A DNA stretch of 64,000 bases from the NCBI GenBank assembly GCA_963675295.2, contig CAXXKJ010000002.1, positions 4,384,001-4,448,000 on the forward strand. Direction: 5' to 3'. A program made the translations under genes and the position numbers. The notes beneath the pieces were generated by a model. The model had not been told where the DNA came from and did no database searches. It saw nothing but the letters and a program-made list of their open reading frames with translations. This document shows, piece after piece, positions 59,004-64,000 of the stretch (position 1 is the first letter of the stretch; the number at the start of each line of letters is the position of its first letter). Source of the DNA: a bacterium (GTDB lineage Bacteria; Electryoneota; Electryoneia; Electryoneales; Electryoneaceae).

Positions 59004-60265
59004 CGTGTCACCTCCGCGGTATCAAATCCCCAGCGCAGGCCGATCATCGCCCGGCGGTCCTGATCGTACTGTGGCGTCTGGAAGTGCTGGTACTCGAGTT
59101 TCATCGACACACCGTGCAAGAAGGCCGGGTAGTAGTTGACACCACCATACAGCGACAGGATTTCGCTCGTGTCGTCGTTGGTGTTGTCGAACGCCTCCCA
59201 TTCGTAGCTGGCGAAGGAACCGTAGCCGTAGACCTCGATCTGGTCCAGCATCATGTAGTTTGCCTGGGCCCAGAAGCCGTTCGCGGTCGGCTGATCGCCG
59301 GCGTAAAAGCGGTAGCCAATGCGGCCGAACGGGAACTTAGCGTACGGTCCGATGCGGTAGCCGGGTTTGTCGGTCATCAGGGCGGCGATGTCAAATCCCA
59401 TACCCCACATGTCCTTGACAAACCAGCGGTCGGCGGCGGCACGAACGCGGAAGAACGTCGTTTCATCGAAGTCTGCGAAGTAGCTTTCTTCGGGTGCTTC
59501 AGCGGAAATGGCTGACACTTCCAGCATGCGCGAGCAGATCTCGCCATTCATGCGGACGCGGCTGATGAAGCGCCGCAGCGGTGTGCCTTCGGTGCGGAAA
59601 CGGAACAGGTTGTACCACGTGATGGAATTGGTGAACCGGTGTGTGGTCTGCAGGCCGACACGGTTGCGCAGCTCTTCCTTGTCACGCTGAATGTTTGCGT
59701 AGGAGAGTGCGATGTGGGTCTGACGTGCCCAGAGCACATTGCGTCCCACCCAGCCAACTTCACCGCCGAACGCCATCGATTCATCCGGATCTTCGAATTC
59801 GAATTCCCGGGTGATCGGACCCCAGAGGCCGCCGAAGAGGGCGACGTTGAAGCCGTGCTTGAAGCGGTAGTTGACGTCGAGGCCGTCCAACACACCGATC
59901 GCCGGACCACGAACGAGAAAGAAGCGGCCGAGCTTCGCGCGTACCGGTGATCCGAGATCGCCGTAGCGCAGGTAGCCGCGGGTGAAGCGGAGAACGTCGT
60001 CCTCCACCCCTTCCTTATAGACGTTGTCGCCGGTCCAGCCGCCGCTGAAGTGGAGGGACCACGGAGATCCCGTCTTGTACAGCGACGCGCTCGTTTGCTG
60101 CATCATCCACACGTGATGCTGGTTGTCGGCATCCTGGTAGCCGTACGCGCTGCCACCGATGGACCCCTTGAGCCGGAAATCGCCAGCCGTGGCAGTGCCC
60201 GCGACAGCGAGCAATGCGACGGCTGTCAGGGTGACGATTGTCCAGCGTCCCCAATTCCTGTTCAT
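59000..60265 (-). CDS. Putative outer-membrane beta-barrel (porin)
   Basis: Cleavable signal peptide, alternating aromatic/Gly strands (AKLGRFF, LDGLDVNYRF), C-terminal IGLRWGF strand. Embedded between multiheme genes. Confidence 0.75.
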   Translation of the reverse strand: MNRNWGRWTIVTLTAVALLAVAGTATAGDFRLKGSIGGSAYGYQDADNQHHVWMMQQTSASLYKTGSPWSLHFSGGWTGDNVYKEGVEDDVLRFTRGYLRYGDLGSPVRAKLGRFFLVRGPAIGVLDGLDVNYRFKHGFNVALFGGLWGPITREFEFEDPDESMAFGGEVGWVGRNVLWARQTHIALSYANIQRDKEELRNRVGLQTTHRFTNSITWYNLFRFRTEGTPLRRFISRVRMNGEICSRMLEVSAISAEAPEESYFADFDETTFFRVRAAADRWFVKDMWGMGFDIAALMTDKPGYRIGPYAKFPFGRIGYRFYAGDQPTANGFWAQANYMMLDQIEVYGYGSFASYEWEAFDNTNDDTSEILSLYGGVNYYPAFLHGVSMKLEYQHFQTPQYDQDRRAMIGLRWGFDTAEVTR

Positions 60266-60444
60266 GCGTTCCTCCCATTTGGGAAAGGAAGTAAGCCCAT
60301 GTATTGCAATGTTTTAGCTTGACCTTCGAAAGCAGACGACCGCCTGCGCCGGATGTTGGGGGGCGCCGGCGGTCGTCCGTAATGGTCAACCGATACAGAC
60401 GGTGACGGTGTCTAGCATGGTACCGTCCTGTCTGTTACTGCCAA

Positions 60445-61923
60445 TTATTCCGCCAGGTGATCGATGGCGTTCTGCAGCAGATCCATCGAGTAACTGGGGT
60501 TGTGAATGCCCATCGACCCGTCGTTGACGACGAACACCAGGGCGTACGCGGCTTCACGTTCTGCCACAGTGACGCCATCCGCCTGGCTGTCGAAGTTATC
60601 CGCGAAGTCCATGTAGTCCGAATAACCGAGGGCAACCGCGAGCTCGTTCATCTTGGCTTCGGTGTCGGTCTGGACGCCACCCTTGTCGAAGTCGCCCGGA
60701 TCGAGGCTGTGGCAACCGTAGCAGGCCGCGCCTTCCGGAGCGAACTGGTGGTAAACGTGCTCAGCTTCTTCACCGTGCAGCTCTTCGAAGCGGACCATGT
60801 GGCAGGCCACGCAGCCGCTACGTTCTTCGTTGGCGAGGACGTTCTGGTGCGAGTTTTCGCGATCGTAGTCGTAGCCATCGATCTCGTAGCAACCCCAACC
60901 GATGAACATGTCCATCTGCGGCGATCCGTGCGGACCGAAGTGGGCGTAGCCGTCTGCGATCTGGCCAAGCACGTTGTCGGTGTCGCGACGCGCGTGGTGG
61001 CACTGGGCGCAAGTCTGGCCGGCGTAGAAACCGTCGAACGTACCCATGGACGGATCTTCTTCCGGATCGTAGCCTGGGTGGAATTCGACGTGGACGGCAC
61101 TGACGTTACGCAGCTGTCCCGGGTTGTTCGCATCGTGCGGATCGTGGCAGGTCTGGCAGCCAATCCAGCTGTACGGACCATCGTAGTCGGCATGAGCCGC
61201 GTCATTGGCCGCGATGAAGCCTTCACCGGTATGGCACGGGGCGCAGGAACCGCCGGCATAATGCTCTTCGCGGAATCCTTCGAGGTTGCCACCGGCGTTG
61301 GCATGACCGGACATCTGCCATTCTTCGAGCTGACGCTCGTGGCACGGCATGCAGGTGGATTCGAATTCGATTTCGCCGCCGACATCTTCCCAGATGGTGG
61401 AAAGGCCGACTTCAGCGCGGTGTGCACCAACGCCATCCAGCGGGCCGAGGGCGCCGTGGCAGGCTTCGCACTGCACGCCTTCGAGGGCGGCACGGCGCAT
61501 GGCAGCGGAATCGCCTTCAACGCCGAAGTAGTTGTCGTAGCCGTACATGTCTTCGCCACCCGGGAATTCAGTGGCACCGAACGAGACCATTTCGTCAACA
61601 CCGGTCACGTGGCACTGCAGGCAGTAGGGGTTTTCCTGATCTTCGGCTGCCAGATCGGCGTAGGCGTTCGGGTGGGCGGTACCCATCCAGCCATCAACGG
61701 TCGCGCCGTGGCAGTGGGCGCATTCGTCACCGTTGTTGCCGATAAAGGTGAACGGGTCGATGGTGGCATCCTTGCCGTCTTCACCGTCCTGGCCATCTTC
61801 ACCCGCTTCACCCTGCTCACCCTGCGGACCCGCCGGGCCCTGCGCGCCTTCTTCGCCTTCACAACCGAAGAGCACAAAAGCCAGCATGATCGCAAGCATC
61901 ATGACTAACAGGTTACGAAACAT
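60445..61923 (-). CDS. Multiheme cytochrome c lipoprotein (9 CxxCH) with N-terminal collagen-like Gly-X-Y repeat
   Basis: Lipobox VLFGC, G-X-Y x~10, 9 CxxCH, GPHGSPQ, C-terminal DGSMGIHNP. Confidence 0.9.
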   Translation of the reverse strand: MFRNLLVMMLAIMLAFVLFGCEGEEGAQGPAGPQGEQGEAGEDGQDGEDGKDATIDPFTFIGNNGDECAHCHGATVDGWMGTAHPNAYADLAAEDQENPYCLQCHVTGVDEMVSFGATEFPGGEDMYGYDNYFGVEGDSAAMRRAALEGVQCEACHGALGPLDGVGAHRAEVGLSTIWEDVGGEIEFESTCMPCHERQLEEWQMSGHANAGGNLEGFREEHYAGGSCAPCHTGEGFIAANDAAHADYDGPYSWIGCQTCHDPHDANNPGQLRNVSAVHVEFHPGYDPEEDPSMGTFDGFYAGQTCAQCHHARRDTDNVLGQIADGYAHFGPHGSPQMDMFIGWGCYEIDGYDYDRENSHQNVLANEERSGCVACHMVRFEELHGEEAEHVYHQFAPEGAACYGCHSLDPGDFDKGGVQTDTEAKMNELAVALGYSDYMDFADNFDSQADGVTVAEREAAYALVFVVNDGSMGIHNPSYSMDLLQNAIDHLAE

Positions 61924-61997
61924 TGGGGGCTTCCTCCTGAATGTTTGGCGGCCCTGAACCGCCGAAATGACTTCAATGCTGCTACTTGTTTCCAGAT

Positions 61998-62240
61998 TCA
62001 CAAAGTGCCGCGATAAAAATCGAGCGCTTTTTCGTCGTCTTCGTCAAACCATCCCATTTGCCGGTGCCGCTTGATCTGTTCCAAGGATAGTTTGCGCAGA
62101 TGCATCGCGTAATCATGCAAGGTGCCAAAGACGATACCGCTTTCCGTGTCCGTTCGAACCTCAGTTCCCTTGTGCGCAACTTCGAGCATCCGCTGACTTA
62201 AGGTCAGGATCTCCAGCAGGTAGCGGTTCTCGACGGACAT
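61998..62240 (-). CDS. Small helical hypothetical protein (80 aa), first gene after the sigma-54 promoter
   Basis: RBS ggag before ATG 62240. Amphipathic helical pattern, H...GW near the C-terminus. Confidence 0.65.
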   Translation of the reverse strand: MSVENRYLLEILTLSQRMLEVAHKGTEVRTDTESGIVFGTLHDYAMHLRKLSLEQIKRHRQMGWFDEDDEKALDFYRGTL

Positions 62241-62271
62241 ATCGGACTCCAATCCAGTTGCCGATCCATTG

Positions 62272-62286
62272 GCAGATTGTGTGCCA
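62272..62286 (-). promoter_or_regulatory. Putative sigma-54 (-24/-12) promoter of the cytochrome cluster
   Basis: TGGCACACAATCTGC (GG-N10-GC), 31 nt upstream of ATG 62240 and adjacent to a sigma-54 activator gene. Confidence 0.72.
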
Positions 62287-62373
62287 TTTTCACAAAGTAA
62301 GACACTCCTAACAGCTAAACAGTTAAGAAAAGGAGGGTTAGTAAACTTAGGGGGTGCAAAAACAAAATAATGG

Positions 62374-62536
62374 TGTGACAATTCCTGACAATTCCGTGAC
62401 ATTCATTCCTGAACACTCGGAATTTTTGTACACGCGAAGTCTGCGTGGAGGCTCTAACAGCTTACTATTACCGGGGATTAACAGGCTGGACAGAATTTCT
62501 GAACACTCGATATGTCCAGAAATGAATTTCTGGACA
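62374..62536. promoter_or_regulatory. Candidate upstream activator sites
   Basis: Perfect inverted repeat TGTCCAGAAAT-GA-ATTTCTGGACA (62513-62536) plus repeated half-sites ctggaca/ctgaaca/ctgaca/gtgaca in an AT-rich spacer. Confidence 0.55.
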
Positions 62537-62548
62537 GAACTGTAATCA

Positions 62549-64000
62549 TTACACTTTTAATTCTTCGATGTAGCGGTACAGGGTTGTGCGGCTAACCCCG
62601 AGGAAATCCGCGGCTTTGGCTTTGTTGCCGCCGGCTTCCTTTAGCGCCTGTTCCACTTCGGCGGGATTCAGCTTGGGACGCCGGCCGCGCTTCGGGCCTC
62701 CCTGCTTAATGGAATTGCTGGATATTTCTGGCGACAGGTGATGTTCCTGAATTTCGCCGCCCTGCGATTTGATCATCGCGTAGTGGATGGCGTTTGACAG
62801 CTCGCGCACGTTCCCAGGCCAGGCATATTGCATCAGCGCGTTCAATGCGTTACTGGAAACCCCCTCGGCGGCCATGTGGTTCTCATTGGCGAACTGCTCG
62901 ATGAAATACTCAATGAGTAGTGGGATGTCGGTCTTGCGTTCGCGAAGTGGCGGGATACGGATCGGCACCACCGCGAGCCGGTAGTACAGGTCCTGGCGGA
63001 ACTGGCCGGAGTCGGTGAGTTGCTTCAGGTTGCGGTTGGTCGCGCAGATGACCATCACGTCCACGTTAACCGGTTCTTCCCCACCAACGCGCTCGAAGGT
63101 TTTCTCCTGCAGCACGCGCAGCAGTTTCACCTGCAGCTTCTGGCTGATCTCGCCGATTTCGTCCAGGAACAGGATGCCGCCGTCCGCCAGCTCGAACCGT
63201 CCCTTCTTGTCCCGGATCGCGCTGGTGAACGCGCCCTTGACGTGGCCGAACAGTTCGGATTCCAGCGTTCCCTCGGGCAACGCGCCACAATTGACCGGAA
63301 CAAATGGTTTGTTCGCGCGGGGGCTTAGCTTGTGGATCGCCTGCGCGACCAGCTCCTTGCCGGTACCGCTCTCCCCTTCAATGAGAATCGGCACATTGAC
63401 CTTCGCCACCTCACGCAGGTTAGCGTAAATCTTTGTCATCGACGGGTGCAGGCCGATAATGCCCTGGAAGCCGCGGCTGGCTTCGAGCCGGGTGCGCAGC
63501 TGGTTCATCTCGGTCATGTCCCGGAGCAGGATCAATGCGCCGGTGCGATTGTCCTCGGCGTCCATCATCGGCATGATCGACATGCGCAGGCTGCGCAGTT
63601 CGCCGTCCTTGCGGCGATATTCGATCGGGATGTCGGCGCGCACATCGATGTTCGGATTCTTCATGCACACGTCGCAATCCTTGCCGCAGAAATGGCCGGG
63701 CATGATCGCGTGGCAATCGGCGCCGAGCGCTTCTCCGGCGGAGAGGCCGGTGATATCCTCGGCGGCGTGATTGAAGAAGAAAATCTTGCGTTGCTTGTCG
63801 TGGGCGATGACACCGTCCGTCATCGCGTTCAGCAGCCTGCCGTAGCTGAGTTGCAGCTCGACAATCGCCTCGAAGTAGCCCTGTTCGAAGAAGATACGGA
63901 CCCGGTCACGGATTTCGTCCCGTACCCGGCGGAAGTGATCGGTGAGATCCTTGCCGTTTCCCTTGACCAGCACCAACGGATCGCTGAGTCCCCAATGAAC
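62549..64000 (-). CDS. Sigma-54-dependent activator: ArsC/LMW-PTP-like remnant, Cys-rich PAS, AAA+ and Fis-type HTH (5' end outside window)
   Basis: Frame stays open to the window edge: VHWGLSDP...FRRVRDEIR. PAS FFNHAAEDITG..CHAIMPGHFCGKDCDVC. GESGTGKE, ESELFGH, GAFTSA, LFLDEIGE, WPGNVREL, GVSRTTLYR. Confidence 0.93.
   Translation of the reverse strand, partial: VHWGLSDPLVLVKGNGKDLTDHFRRVRDEIRDRVRIFFEQGYFEAIVELQLSYGRLLNAMTDGVIAHDKQRKIFFFNHAAEDITGLSAGEALGADCHAIMPGHFCGKDCDVCMKNPNIDVRADIPIEYRRKDGELRSLRMSIMPMMDAEDNRTGALILLRDMTEMNQLRTRLEASRGFQGIIGLHPSMTKIYANLREVAKVNVPILIEGESGTGKELVAQAIHKLSPRANKPFVPVNCGALPEGTLESELFGHVKGAFTSAIRDKKGRFELADGGILFLDEIGEISQKLQVKLLRVLQEKTFERVGGEEPVNVDVMVICATNRNLKQLTDSGQFRQDLYYRLAVVPIRIPPLRERKTDIPLLIEYFIEQFANENHMAAEGVSSNALNALMQYAWPGNVRELSNAIHYAMIKSQGGEIQEHHLSPEISSNSIKQGGPKRGRRPKLNPAEVEQALKEAGGNKAKAADFLGVSRTTLYRYIEELKV

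Overview
GC-rich bacterial chromosomal DNA, probably from an FCB-superphylum lineage. This is an inference from secreted proteins ending in PNPFNP..T FlgD/T9SS-like tails, TAnnTTT-type promoter elements and the cinA-thpR-recA-recX-alaS context. Five parts: (1) 1-12 kb: partial rsgA, then hbd and a thiolase gene separated by an accessory stretch with a REP-flanked Y1 transposase, PD40 lipoproteins, SLATT/DUF4231, FRG, DUF3800 with a downstream structured RNA, and an AT-rich gene pair. (2) 12-22 kb: two ferredoxin-NADP reductase paralogs that carry the same 28-nt palindrome inside their coding sequences in different frames, plus hydrolases. (3) 22-34 kb: four tandem paralogous secreted proteins with duplicated promoters, mntP and a large S8 protease. 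(4) 34-51 kb: housekeeping and stress genes, including alaS with a large insertion. (5) 51-64 kb: the main highlight, a co-oriented candidate quinol-to-surface electron conduit. It has two CbcL-like multiheme c/cytochrome b fusions, a c554-like tetraheme, three further multiheme cytochromes and a porin, with 69 heme-binding motifs counted by eye. It lies downstream of a sigma-54 promoter and next to an unusual ArsC-like/Cys-rich PAS/sigma-54 activator. No tRNA, rRNA or CRISPR array was seen. All family assignments are by motif recognition, with no database searches run.
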